Source: Octopus vulgaris (Eukaryota). Taken from it: 64,000 nucleotides of DNA. The notes below the pieces were generated by a model. The model saw nothing but the letters and a program-made list of their open reading frames with translations. It ran no database searches and was not told where the DNA came from. The position numbers and the translations under genes were made by a program. The DNA is taken from assembly GCA_951406725.2 (NCBI GenBank), contig OX597814.1:49972001-50036000 (forward strand), given 5' to 3'. How positions within the stretch are numbered: position 1 is the first letter of the stretch; every line of letters begins with the position of its first letter. Shown piece by piece: positions 12,213 through 25,500 of the stretch.

Positions 12213-14079
12213 ACATATATACATACATACATAAATACATACATACACATACATACGCATATATACGTGAGTGCGTCTGTATGTGCATATGCATAAATAT
12301 GCATCTGTGTGGGCGTGAATGTGTCTATACAGGTAGTAGACATACATATGTCCGATTCAACACATCTTGTTCTTTATTACGTGATAGTATGACCGGGTAG
12401 AAATATTGGACAAACTCCCCCTACCTTCAAATCTGACGTTACCTTAAAATGGAAGGACACAATTATGATACTATAAGATATACTGGTCATGATTTCATCA
12501 TATTCTTGCTTGCATAGAGCTGTCCTGGGGCTAAATGACCACAAAAACAACAACAGCAATAGCAAAGAGAGTAACAACATACAAGTTAAGATAACCAATC
12601 GAATTAATAAGTTTCAGCCAACGAACTAAGAAGACGATGGAACATTTAATCATAGGTGTCTTATCATTTTTCGTTTTTGGTCTTGCACTTAAGTCTCATT
12701 ACAAATTTAAACACCGGCTGCATTGTTGCAGTGGTTGGTTTGTGGCGTTGAATTCAGTTTCCCCTACAAGGAAAGCCACATCTAACTGACTAGCTTCTTA
12801 TCCAGAGAAAATTTTACTCTCCTTCACTATTGTACTAAATCTCTGTTATTTGGGAAGGATTTACTGTTTTCGAAATTACAATAAAATAATGATTTCAAAA
12901 TTGTGGAGAGGCTATGGAAAGATATTTTTTTAAAAGTAATTCTTTACAAAGAATTTAGTTGAAATACTCACAACAGGAAGAATTTTTTAAAGGATAGTGG
13001 ACATTAAGAAATAATAAATATGAACAGGTGTTCGAATCTCTAACAGTGGTTCAAAACAACTCGGTTAGTGATTGCTGGAAGCAATACTATTGGTGATAAG
13101 ATAAGCGAAATCAAATTCTCAAAATATATCAGATCGAACATAGTGCCGTTGAAGCTGAGCAAATATTAAAGCAAATTACTCTAAAATTATCATACAGTTC
13201 ACCATTGCAGTGCATTTTTATTTCCCTGCTAAGCCTTTATAATTAACGCTTCTGACTGAAATGATGTACAAGTTTTAAGCACCCAAACCGCCAAAGGCAA
13301 CACGCTTTTAGACTTCTTCGCCTGGAGCTAACCGAACAGCACTGTGGGATATTAGCAATGAAATTTCCGGATCTATAAAGTTAGTTAATAGGAATACAGT
13401 ATTTTTTCTTCACTCTGGCTGCAAGAAATCAAATTACTAGAAGAGATCGACTATGAAATCTCGTTACTTTGGGTAGAATGTATTTTATAAAGCGTTAGTG
13501 GTGTTTTAAGATCGCCGATGTTAATGTCAAGTTATTTAGAAGATATTACAAAATAAAACTTTGGACATTTTAGCAAGTTTTTATTGGCACTAAATCCACA
13601 CAACCTAATAGAGAATTTATGTTGCAAATAAAATAACTAAAATTTAACCTTAATGTCAGAAAATGAAATTTGCAGAAGATGGTAGCTTGGAGCAAAACAT
13701 ATATTAATGGAATAAGAACCAAATTATTTGATAAGAAATGTTTCATTAAATAGTATTTGGTGTAGCAAAGTTTAGGAATTTGCACATGTTGTATACTGTT
13801 TATTTAATGTTTCCTCTACTTCACGACTACAATGGTTTTGAGAGTAGCATTCTACATTCGCTACCTATTTTGCATCCAACTCCACACTTCACATACGGGG
13901 AAAAGTCCCCTTCAAAACGATTCCTACAAAACTATCCTTTTCCATTACACCAAGTTCAAGCCCATGCTTACATAAACATTAGGTACAAAAACATTAAGTT
14001 AGCCACTGTTAACAATCAGCTTTGACAATGCCCCTTCTGCTATTCTCAATTATTCACCCCAGAACTAGCTAGCCTCTAT

Positions 14080-15030
14080 ACTCAACTCTGCAATCTCAGT
14101 CTTTTTTTTGTCTTTCTTTTATGTATGGAAACACCCTATACAGGGGTAAATTCTCTGAATACCATCAGGGCTAAATCCGCTGATTGAATCTCCTTTTATG
14201 ACCACCAGTACAGCTTTCGTTAAGTCAAATCAATATGTAACCAACTTGAATACGTCACTCTAATGTGGGCTGTTACACTCGGGAAATCTTGTGATAGTGT
14301 TATTGTCTTCAACATAAACAAACCTTTCGACTGTCTCTACACTAGTATCTTCTGTTAAAATTGATCACACACGGGCTCCATCCATCTATCGTCTCTTAGA
14401 TAAATGTCTCATTGTCAGCTCACACTATCGCGACATGTTATAACGAAGTACACTCTCAACCACAATCTATCAATTCTGATATATTGTAGGATTCAAATCC
14501 CTACCGACACTCTCTTCCTCCTTTACATGAATGATATACTAATATCTTCAACCAATTAATTTTCCCCACAAGCTATACCACCCTTCTCTTTCCCACACCA
14601 GTGCCATTTTATGTAGACTAAATACCTCAAATTGAATTTGCACTGACACGATTGGAAAACTCGAAACATCTAATAGGTTGTGCCAATATTGTCTTCAACA
14701 GAGAGAAAAAAAACTCACTGTACATATCAGGCTACGTTATCGCACCTCGTCCCGGTTAAACTTGAGCAGCATGTAATTAGAATTCTCTTGAATGATCGCA
14801 CATCTTTAACATAGCAAAAAAGACGTATCTCAAAGACTGGATTTTCTCTTAAGAGCGAGAAAAAATACTTCATCCCACTCTCCAACGACTGCTAACGATA
14901 TTCATATAATATTCACAATAGAGTGCCGCTGTCACACTGGGATACAGCTGCTGCTGTTATATATGCATTTGATCCGTGAAAGTATCCCAAGAAACGCATC
15001 TAATAATAGAATTAATTACTGCTCTGGGAA
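14080..15030 (+). pseudogene. Degenerate CR1/Jockey-type LINE RT remnant
   Basis: VFNINKPFD (LDISKAFD-like) and TLFLLYMND motifs in broken frames. Confidence 0.5.
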
Positions 15031-15534
15031 GGTTGACACTTCTATTACTGTAATGTAAGTTTTCGTTAGGTTTGTGATAAGGATGTGATGTGTGTGTTAT
15101 TTCAGCTTTCGTAAGGCACTACACTTTTGCTTGTTACCATTTTAGGGTTGATAAAACAAATTACTAAGTACTGGGTTCGATGAACTCGATTAAATTCCTT
15201 TCGTTGGCCTTGTGTCAAAATATGAAACCATTCTTAGAGTTGTTGTTGTTTTGCTATTGTTTACAGTATACTGACAATATCAACATTCATAATTACAACG
15301 GTTATCAATTTGGAGTTTAAAGATAATTTTATGAAAGAAAAAAAAGAACAATTGCAGCGTGGAAGGTGTTTATAAACCATTAAAAAAACAAAAAAAAGCT
15401 TTAGATTCACTTCAAAATTTAAATTTGATTTGTGTCAAAATATTTTCGTCGCTTTGAACCCGTGACAAAAATTTGAACACTGACAAAAAGTTCGTGCTGC
15501 ATCTGAGAAAGTAACAGTTAGTTCATGATTTGTA

Positions 15535-15657
15535 TGCATGTATGTATGTATGTATGTATGTATGTATGTATGTATGTATGTATGTATGTATGTATGTATG
15601 TTTGTATGTATGTATGTATGTATGTATGTATGTATGTATGTATTTATGTATGTATGT
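15535..15657. repeat. (TATG)n microsatellite
   Basis: Direct inspection. Confidence 0.95.
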
Positions 15658-15787
15658 GAGAATTTAGGTAAGTGTGTAGACGTGTCTGCATGTATGTATA
15701 TGTGTAACGGTTTATGCAAACGAATATTTATGTACTGATGTGTGTGTGTGTTCAAATTGTATATATGACTGTTACTCTATCGAAGCT

Positions 15788-15835
<48 letters not shown>

Positions 15836-16141
15836 TTCCTCATCACCGTCTAACGGGGTGAATGGATATAATGTCTTAGATACATGCATGCAAATATAAG
15901 CTTGCCTATACATTTGATTTTACAAGAGTTTATATTTCATAATCTCATATATTTCAAATAAAAATAATCAGCGTACGTCTTTGTTTTTCTTACAAAATAT
16001 ATCTTGTACATATTATAGTTTCTGTGACGCTTGGTTTTACTGATTACCATCCTTAAGCTACATCTTTTTCAAACCATGTATTTTTGCTGGTTTTATGTTT
16101 TCCTGCGACGTTTCTAATTCTATTTCTTTGCTGTCTTTGTA

Positions 16142-16273
16142 GGTACAGGCTGGCTGTGTGGTAAGAAAATCGCTTCGTAACCATGTGGTCTCGGGTACAG
16201 TTCTACTGTGCAGGCCGACCAAATCCTTGTGACTGATTTTGTTAGAGAGAATCTGAAAGAAGCTCATCGTCGT
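16142..16273 (+). mobile_element. SINE family B 5' part (tRNA head plus CORE-like domain)
   Basis: Matches 39525-39686 and 41042-41200 (TGGCTGTGTGGTAAG ... GGCCGACCAAA.CC.TGTGA). Confidence 0.75.
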
Positions 16274-16367
<94 letters not shown>

Positions 16368-16369
<2 letters not shown>

Positions 16370-16454
16370 GAAAGAGAGTTTGATAATGCAGAGATCTTTT
16401 AAAGAATCACTAAATATCATTAAAAGACCTCTGCATTTTCAAACTCTCTTTCCT
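16368..16454. mobile_element. 87-bp hairpin mini-MITE in (TA)n
   Basis: Arms 16369-16402 and 16420-16453 are reverse complements at 32/34; ATAT on both flanks. Confidence 0.8.
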
Positions 16455-16459
16455 ATATA

Positions 16460-16960
16460 TTTTCATTCGTGCGGTACCTTGCAAGTTTACTTTGTTTCGC
16501 ATCATACCGGACCACACACCACTACACCTTACACCGCAATACCACACAACACACCATCAAGCACACATAAGCACTGACCACTTCCCAGACCCACATTTTC
16601 ACACCTACACATACACACACGCACACGTCAAGATCACCAGCCCTCTTCTACACACACATACAAACTCTCTTATACATACGTACGCGCACCTTCGTTTTGG
16701 GATCACCACCACTTTATCATCTCCCCTTCTCCCTAGCTCTCCCGTGTGACCCTTCTGTCCGGCCTTCGCCATGATAGATCGCTAGCCACTACACATTCTT
16801 TATTTTCTCTCCTTGTTTCTTTCTGTGTTCCTTTCTGTGGAAGAGCATAGGCTCGAAACGTTAAAGACTTTTTCACTTCCCGATCGTTATACTAATACAT
16901 CTGTTTGTTGTCTACATCACCTGTCTTCGTCTTTTTTTTTTTGGGGGGGGGAATTCTCCC
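16460..16960 (+). mobile_element. Penelope pLTR-like element
   Basis: C/A-rich tract like 3480-3730, followed by a minimal hammerhead; second copy at 1730-2040 (-). Confidence 0.55.
16831..16866 (+). ncRNA. Minimal type I hammerhead ribozyme variant
   Basis: CTTT-CTGTGGA-A-GAGC(ATAG)GCTC-GAAA-CG-TT-AAAG: stem I CTTT/AAAG, stem II GAGC/GCTC, palindromic ACGT in place of stem III; non-canonical core (A6->U). Confidence 0.55.
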
Positions 16961-16971
16961 ACCCCAAATAA

Positions 16972-17018
<47 letters not shown>

Positions 17019-17022
<4 letters not shown>

Positions 17023-17543
17023 GGTATGTAGAAAAATACAACATGGACAAGAACGTATAACTCTTAGAAGACGATACAATAAACACGGACAGGACATTCG
17101 AAACCCTCAGTCTTCAGTCAAGAACCGGATCATCGTAGTAATTTCGGCTGATTAATCTTGAGATTACTAGATCACGGCCAGCCCTCCAAGAAAAACTAAG
17201 CAACGAGCATTAGAAAAACTAAGCTGGAAGCGTAGATTTCCTGGAAGAAGGATCGAATGCATACGAACACCAGGACAGCAAAAGGGACAGATATAAAAAA
17301 ACAAAAAACAATAATGGAATACAGAAACATGAAATACAGAAGCATTAACGGTGAAAACAACAAGTGTCTTACGACTGATAACAAGCAAACAAATTTTTTC
17401 TCTGGCGCATTGGAAGAAGCCTTTATAGCGGCGGACGAAAAACAACGATGTTAACACGACGAGGGTCAGGAGCTGAAAGGCAGATTTCGGCCAACAGTCA
17501 CGTGACAGAGAAGAGGGAAAAGAAAAGAAAGAGAAGCAAAGGA

Positions 17544-17576
<33 letters not shown>

Positions 17577-17918
17577 GAGGGACAAACGCAACAAAGAGAG
17601 AGAAGAGAGAGAAAGAAGGAATCAGAGAGGAGAAGGGATGGGTGTCGAAGAATGACCTGTGAGTGCAGAGCGAGACAAAGAAATAGGAGGGTAGTGGAAG
17701 ACTAGACCAAAGAATCAGAGGAAAGAGAAGAGAAAAAGAGGATGAGTAGAGAGAAAAGAGAGAGAGGGGGACAGATCAAGTAAAAATGAGAGAGAGAGAG
17801 AGACAAACAGAGAGTCGTACCAATTATTAAGAATATGTGCTCACATTAATGTTAAGGGGGGTACGGGGCGCCTGGAATATATGTTAAGGTATGTAGAAAA
17901 ATACAACATGGACAACAT

Positions 17919-17923
<5 letters not shown>
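17019..17923 (-). mobile_element. Terminally redundant non-coding element (family D) in (TA)n
   Basis: 32-bp direct repeat TTAAGGTATGTAGAAAAATACAACATGGACAA at 17019-17050 and 17884-17915; (TA)n on both sides; strand inferred from similarity to 2615-2845. Confidence 0.7.
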
Positions 17924-18010
<87 letters not shown>

Positions 18011-18044
18011 AAATATATATATATATATATTTATAATATTTGTC

Positions 18045-18572
18045 TTTCGTGTTCAGTCCTTAATTGGTATATATAAATATTTAATCTTCGGATTCTTTTT
18101 TTAATATGCTAGACCACTGGTTTTAATTGATAAATATTGATTTCTACCCTTAATTAATTTTATATAAATAAATATGTTCTCTAACCGATAAATTGAAAGC
18201 TGCTAATTATTAGCTACAGGCTATTTTTTTCTTCGGGTCACAACGCGCCAAAGTAAAGGCATTTGAAAGATACATTCGAATGTAATAGGTTGAACTCCAC
18301 GCACATGATACTCCGGTATCGTTTTTGCGTCTAGTTCAGCAAATTGCATTTATATCGGCCATGCTGACGAAGGCTACAGGTATCCTTACGGATAATAATA
18401 GCCGAAACTGAATCAGTACATGGATAAGTATTGTATTTCGTATATTTTCACTTGTTTATTGCTTGGGTTTGTGTTGAGTTTGATTTGAGAACATAATCTT
18501 TTGTGGAGAATGGCGATTTGACGTCTATATCTAGCATGTTGACTGTCCACTTTTCGTGTTCAGTCCTTAATT

Positions 18573-18582
<10 letters not shown>
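18045..18582 (+). mobile_element. Retrozyme-like / solo Penelope pLTR-like unit (507-bp period) carrying a hammerhead
   Basis: Direct repeat TTTCGTGTTCAGTCCTTAATTGGTATATATA at 18045-18075 and 18552-18582; (TA)n flanks; internal hammerhead. Confidence 0.7.
18359..18423 (+). ncRNA. Type I hammerhead ribozyme with intact core
   Basis: Stem I CCATG/CATGG; core CTGACGA (18364-18370) plus extra A; stem II GGCTA/TAGCC with inner TATCC/GGATA hairpin; GAAA 18404-18407; stem III ACTG/CAGT; GTA triplet, predicted cut after 18418. Confidence 0.85.
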
Positions 18583-18612
<30 letters not shown>

Positions 18613-18734
18613 AGCGCACGAACTCGCGGACATTAAGTCATTCTGCTGCTTCTGCTAAATATTAATAAAATATATATATATACATGTATATATGTATGTG
18701 TGTGTGTGCGTGTGTGTGTGTGTGCGTATGTGTG

Positions 18735-18945
18735 TGTGTGCGTGCGTTTGTGTCATGCTTGCACAACCATCGCTTGACAACCGGTGTTGTTTGTACACGT
18801 CCCCGTATCTCATAGGTTCAACAGAGAAAAGACTAATAAAATAGGTACTGAGCTCGATTTGCTCGACTGAACCATTTAAATCCGTGCCCCAGCATGGCCG
18901 CAGTCGAATGACTGAAATAAGAAGAAGAGGAAGGTAAAAGAATAA
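18735..18945 (+). mobile_element. SINE family B 3' half
   Basis: CAGCATGGCCGCAGTC.AATGACTGAAA tail like 41275-41318; follows a (TA)/(TG) microsatellite. Confidence 0.65.
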
Positions 18946-19307
18946 ACCCAGTTGATTTACTCACGTGTGCGCAGTGTGTGGTCTTATAAGTAACCATTAT
19001 AAGAAGTTAAATACAATCATTTACATCGGAAGAGGATGGGGTAGATTAATTGTATAATTACTGTGAATTTTCCGTATTGAAGTGCCGTTTATTGTTTTAC
19101 TTACTCTAGTTATAATATCGTGTAAATTTTATGAAAGAAGATATTGGGTTTATGGGATATTGATGCCTTTTACAAAGACATGTCCAGTTACTTATATATG
19201 CCAATTACTTATATATGTACTTGCATACACATCAATACATAATACGTGATTTATTTTCTGTCTCACTCTTTCTCTCACAGATATTTTTACAACGATACAC
19301 GCTCATT

Positions 19308-19640
<333 letters not shown>

Positions 19641-20812
19641 AACACATTCAATGATAGGTATGTTCGATCGGAGTCCTTTTGGGGGTTAAAAAACAATATT
19701 CAAGACATTGTTTTTCCAAAAACAAAAAAAAAACGTTTTAAAAAAATACTGTTTATCCCTTTAGTGGATCGTGGTTAAACTCATATCTGAACACTGCAAA
19801 TTTATGGAGGAATCTGTTTAATTTATTTGAACGTTAATGACTAATAACTTTAAGAAACCATGCATCTATCATGCATATTAGCTTATTGATTTGTAGATGA
19901 CATTTCGTTCAACAGATTTGTTGTTTTGAAATAATCCTCTGAGACAAACCGATTTCCCTTTTACTAACAGGCATATTTTTGTTCATTTCCGAAGTGGCTT
20001 TAATTACTAGCAGCATTAACAGCTTGTCCAATACATATAGCTATTAATTCTTTCTTTATCTTGGCGATCTTACGGTGTGCTTTAATATCATTAAGGACAA
20101 ACGGAATATTTTGTCCCATCGGATAATAGCAAATAATAGCTTTTTGCCAAATATCGTCAGTGAAATAATGGTTTAGAAATGATCGTTTTTATCTGTTAGT
20201 AGATGAGAGATGTTATATCATGCTACATATTTCCAATTCTTGATAAAATACTTCAAAATCAGATATCCTATTTAGCTGAATCTGCTGTAAATTCTTCACA
20301 TTCAAGCACACTATCATTCTTACTTACAATTCTATAAACTTTTTATGTTTACAGGCGTCATTTCTACTTATTCTCAACTTCAATTTTTCTAGTAAATCGG
20401 AATGTTTTTTTGGGTGGGTGGGGGTGTTTAGTTTAATAGGCTATCAAATTATAAGAAGCATCATTGCTTTGAAACAAATTTACTTCATTTTAGAGTTCGG
20501 AGCCAAATATTTAGGCAGAGAACTGTTTACGTTTGTCATCACATGTGATGTTTCTGTTAAAGATTACCGCATATGATCGTTAATATGTTGTGCAGCCATG
20601 TGCAGCAAATAGCTACTCTTCCTACTCAATAGAAGGACCTTCATCCGACACATTAGACGTTTTCAGTTTTCACAGCAATCAAACTTAAGACTATTTCAAA
20701 CTGTCTTTAGGTAAATATGTGGAACAGCAAACTTAAAATGCAAGACTTTCCAAGACTATACCATTACTCTTCTTTATACAAAACGTGTAAGAACATGATT
20801 TGAAATATAATA

Positions 20813-21376
20813 TTGGGTTGTCCGGAAAGTTCGTGCCGATTTTTAAAGGAAAGAAAAAGACCAATAAATTCTTGTCATTACATTTTTAATCAACCATATA
20901 TGAACCATTTTGTTGCACAATGCGTCTCCATCCTTAACTTGAAAATACCTCCTTCCCAGAATTGAGTGGGTTTCATGACAAATAATTCATCAAGGTATCT
21001 TTTTACATCATCCAAGGAATTGAAACTTTTACCATTAAGACTATTCTGCAGAGACCTGAATAAGTGGAAATCCGAAGGAGCAATATCTGGTGAATATGGA
21101 AGGTGGGGTAACATATCTCAGCCGAGCTGCTGCAGCAATTTTTGTCTGGTTCCCAAAGCATCAAGTGCCGAAAATGAACTTTCTTATCTTCCATTTTAAA
21201 GGGTTACAGAATTAACACAGGTTATAGGAACATAAATCTTCTTCCACGAAAAGATAGCTTAAATTGTGATCTAAATGGAGGTGTAGTCAAATCCTATTTT
21301 ATAGACTCAACCATGTTCTAAAATAAGTCGAAAGGTAAGCTACTATAAATCGGCACGAACTTTCCGGACAACCCAA
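20813..21376 (-). mobile_element. Internally deleted mariner (564 bp) with perfect 30-bp TIRs
   Basis: TIR TTGGGTTGTCCGGAAAGTTCGTGCCGATTT (30/30), TA flanks; N-terminus MEDKKVHFRHLML joined to C-terminal YSPDIAPSDFHLF. Confidence 0.95.
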
Positions 21377-22523
21377 TAGATTTACTTTACTTAGATGTAC
21401 TGTAAATAAATCTAAAAGCTTTAGTACATTTACTAATGCAATAACCGAGAATCACATAACAAGAACATGAGATCACATCCATATGAAAAACGAACAGCTG
21501 ATATATATTGAAATAATGATACTGTAAGAATGTTCTCATCAAAATTTTTCAGTTCAAATATGAAAGTATTTATACAACTTTCAGAATGAATAACATAAAA
21601 AGTGAATTCTTTTGCTGAATGAAAAATAAAACTAAAATATAAAATTAATGTAAGAAAATTAAATGCTGTAGAACTTCTAGCGTCTTACTTGAACAACATT
21701 AAATGTATAATTCACCGCAAGTTATCGAAAATAACGAAGAGATCATTATACATTCTATCCATGTTATGAAGACACATTGTGTTTATTTCCTGCAATTATA
21801 ATACACACTTGTTTGTTTTACTTTCCTTACAGAGAAAACACCTTCAAGCGTATTGAAGATATAGATAAGTGTATTGGCAGGAATTACTGAAATAAAAAGA
21901 GAGAAAAACGGAGGCGAAGTGCGTTGTTTGGGAGATAACTACGGGCTGTTGGACATGTTTTGAATTGAGAATTACAGATAATTACTGGAAATTATTGAAA
22001 TATAGGCAAGACAAAGATGTTGAGATGTTGCGGTGCAATTTTTTTCACTGGGTGTGATTTCTTTCTACACCCAAGGAGAAAAAAAGAAAGAAAAAAGTAA
22101 AGAATTTGAACGCAATTTACCGCCAATTCATATCTTGCCCACAGACGTGTGTGTATAAATGTGTGAGCTTCAGATGACTTGTTTGTATGTATGTGCATGC
22201 ATTTATTTATGCGTGTGGTCGTGTTTGTGTATTTGGTGTGTGTATGTAAATAAATGTATATATATGTAATACATAAAATACAATCCAATGATATCTGTGA
22301 AACTACAGCGACTTCGAGAATGCAAATGAGAGAAGTACTTGACGCCAACAGTAACTTAAACTTTGCACTTAAATTTCTAGCGGAGAAATAAAATAATGTT
22401 TACATAGCAATGAGACTATCAGAATAAAGCATCAGTAAAATGCGACGTCTGATGACTGGAACATGCTAGTGTTCTTCAAAACAAAATATAAGGCTGGCTA
22501 CATATGAAAGGGTGCTGAAAAGT

Positions 22524-22570
22524 TGGTTGGAGGCCTGGTTGGAGGCCTGGTTGGAGGCCTGGTCGGAGGC
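22524..22570. repeat. 12-bp tandem repeat (TGGTTGGAGGCC) x~4
   Basis: Direct inspection; explains the PPTR-repeat ORF. Confidence 0.9.
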
Positions 22571-25500
22571 TTAACCATCCGAGTTCTTTTACTGGGCTTT
22601 ATTGTCAGGGCGTGATTTTTGTAAGATTTGGTTGCTGTTTCTTGTAGGATGATTGAACACCTAGGGGATCCCTTCCCTGATTGGTTCGTTGATGAATGAG
22701 TAGTGAATGAAGTCAGAAACTTCAATTTCAATTTTTATAGAGTGATAAAATAAAATAGATATAAAATAAGACGCAATGTTTATATTAATAAGAGTGGAAA
22801 GATCAACAATTATATATCTTTTAGGCCATATCCAATCTAGTGAGATTAATGTGCCTCATGTTTAGGTTGAAACCAACATTAACTTTTCCAGGAAAGTCGT
22901 GGACCACAATCTGACACGGTCGGCTCTATGTGGCGTTACGACTTGCAAGAAACACCATTCAAATATCCTTCAAATGACATCTTTGAGAATTAACTGAATA
23001 AGTGCAGGTCGAGTAATGTAGTCCTAGGCACACCGTATTTGAAAACAAAAACGCGATGGTCCCGTTAGAAATGCCAGTGATCATAGATCTGTAGGATTAA
23101 GATTGATCTGAGGATAATAACAAAGACAAAAAGAAAATTCTAATTCTGTAGAGGAATGTTTTGAAAAAGTATTTAATAAAAGATCTAGGCGTGAGACACA
23201 GTTGGAATGAAGTGTAAGAGTTACGAATAAGTAAGAGATGGTATAGATGAAGAAAGGTAGGAACAGAAAGATGGCGAGGTGTGTCTGTGACTCAGTTTTG
23301 GTGAATGAATCATTGTAAAGCCAGAGGGTCGTTTTTTCAAATCAGGCAGTCAGACATATTTGCTCGTGTAGCGACTATACCGTTCCAAATATATAAGCAT
23401 TATTCCATTCCAAATGAAGACTATTTGACTGATTAATGACGATTCATTAGCAAGTGAAGAATTATTTTAGGGGTTGAAAAATGAATTGCTTTCGCCATAA
23501 TATTGTGAGGTACAGCATTTAGAGTGGATGTGAGAGCTGTAGCGAGGATGTGGGATAAGACTTTCTCTTTCATGTATACAGAAATTATGTTTCCATGGAA
23601 TTTAAAAGAACCATCGCGTCTTTTTTCAAATATAGTGTGTATAGGACTACATTGTTCGACGTGTGCTTATTTTGTTAATTGGGAAAGATGTCTTTTAGAT
23701 ATTTCAATGCTGTTTCTTGCAGGTCGTGACTCCAATTTGAGACTACTGTATCAGATTGTTGTTCACGACTTTCCAAGAGAAGTCGATGTCGGTTTCACCG
23801 AATATATTTCTCATGGAAAACAACTATGTTTGGTGACGCAAAGAACTCAATAGAACATCTGAACATAGATAATTAAATACAAGATAACACGATAGAAGAC
23901 TCTAACCTATGTGAGGAGAAGGCAAAGATGTGACCTACACCTGCTTAATCAGTAGTAACGAAAGGCTTGACCAAAAAGACTTGTGACAAAAACAGGGGAA
24001 AATGTGTTCCAACCACCATTGGGAGCTGCTTCTAAAATGTGAATTTCAAATTTATCTAAGTGGTATCAGCATGAGTTCCATAATGTTGATGGAATAATCA
24101 AGGGAAACTTTAAAATAGAAACGTAGAATCGTACTAGTGCTTATGTAAAAATGTGATATGTCTTTAAATGAGAAATATGGGATGTTTTTGGAGTATGAAT
24201 GACCCGAGAAGAAAGTTAGTTCTAATCGGGCGTTAACTGACAGGAGGATTTTCTGACTTGGTACTTTAGATAGTATTTCATAGTAGCAGTTGTAGGTAGT
24301 AATTAAATAATCCCTCAGAGCAACATTCGTGATGAAGAACAGGCCGAGTGCCAATCCCGCGCCGCATGCATTGTAATGTTTAAGCCTTTCCTAAGCGTAT
24401 TTTCTTAGGTTCTAACTGGGTCTTTCTCTAATCTAGCATTTACTATAACCGGTCCCTTAATAATCCTTATCAGTTCTTTAATCTCTTTTTCAGAGCGAAT
24501 CACCATTTGCTGTTCACAGTTGTCCCGGTAACATCTGCTAAGTCGGTTTCTGTTATCATTGCGCGCTAAGAAAAACTCATTCATCTTCCAGAAACCGGGT
24601 CCCTGTCAATGAAGCTATTTGTGTCGACTGTACAGATCGCAAATTTGAAGTTTGTGACCTGCGACTTTAAATTAATGACCATCTACGTTATCCTTATCAA
24701 CTGACCTACAGAATATTCTTGATACGATATGGATGACCCGATGCTGTGTGTTCATATCCACCTTGGCACATTCATAAAACCCAGTCGGTCAGACAGTTGG
24801 AAACCTCTAACCTCATGATGCATCATGATGCATCCGAGATCACAATTTACAAAACTAGCACTACAGAAAAAATGCTCCTAAGACTTCTGAAGTTGCCTAA
24901 AGAAATGGTGCTGCTTCGTTTCTGTTGGATGAAAAAGGACGTACCTAGATTGACGTTCCAAACCATAGTTACCTGTCTCTGGTTTCCTGCCAAAAATTTC
25001 GACGCTGTGCTTTTATTGTTTGTAAATAGTTAAGTTTGAGAAAATGTTTTTTAAAATTCTATCCCAAAGGATCAAAACAGAAAGGAACTGACTAGTCACT
25101 TAGGATTCCTCTGAATTTAACGACAAAATTCAACAAAATAACAGAATAAGCAGACGCAAAAAAAATACTGCTCAACACCTGAAATACCACGAAGAAAGTT
25201 GTCCTGCGTGCTAACGCTACTGCCAGCTTGCTACCTTGATAATAGTAATAATAATAATGTAATAGATATCAAGCATATATTATTCCCGGAATAAATTATA
25301 GTTATAATATCCTTAACTAGAAACTAAGTGAATTAGTAAGACTATACAGAAAAACTAATGATTGTATTTTGAATAACATCACTGAAAGCCAACTTAGAAA
25401 AATTATATTTACCAGTAATACAGGAAGATAGGCTTCTTCTGCTTCTATATTATTATACAATAAATACTCTAGAATTATAAAACATATCTAGTAAAGATTA

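Noticed and set aside
23160-24720. LINE endonuclease-region remnants (also 9250-10100, 12900-13560, 25240-25870, 28860-29330, 42730-43070, 46690-47050)
   Set aside because: Probably old retroelement debris, but motifs are too decayed to assign by eye
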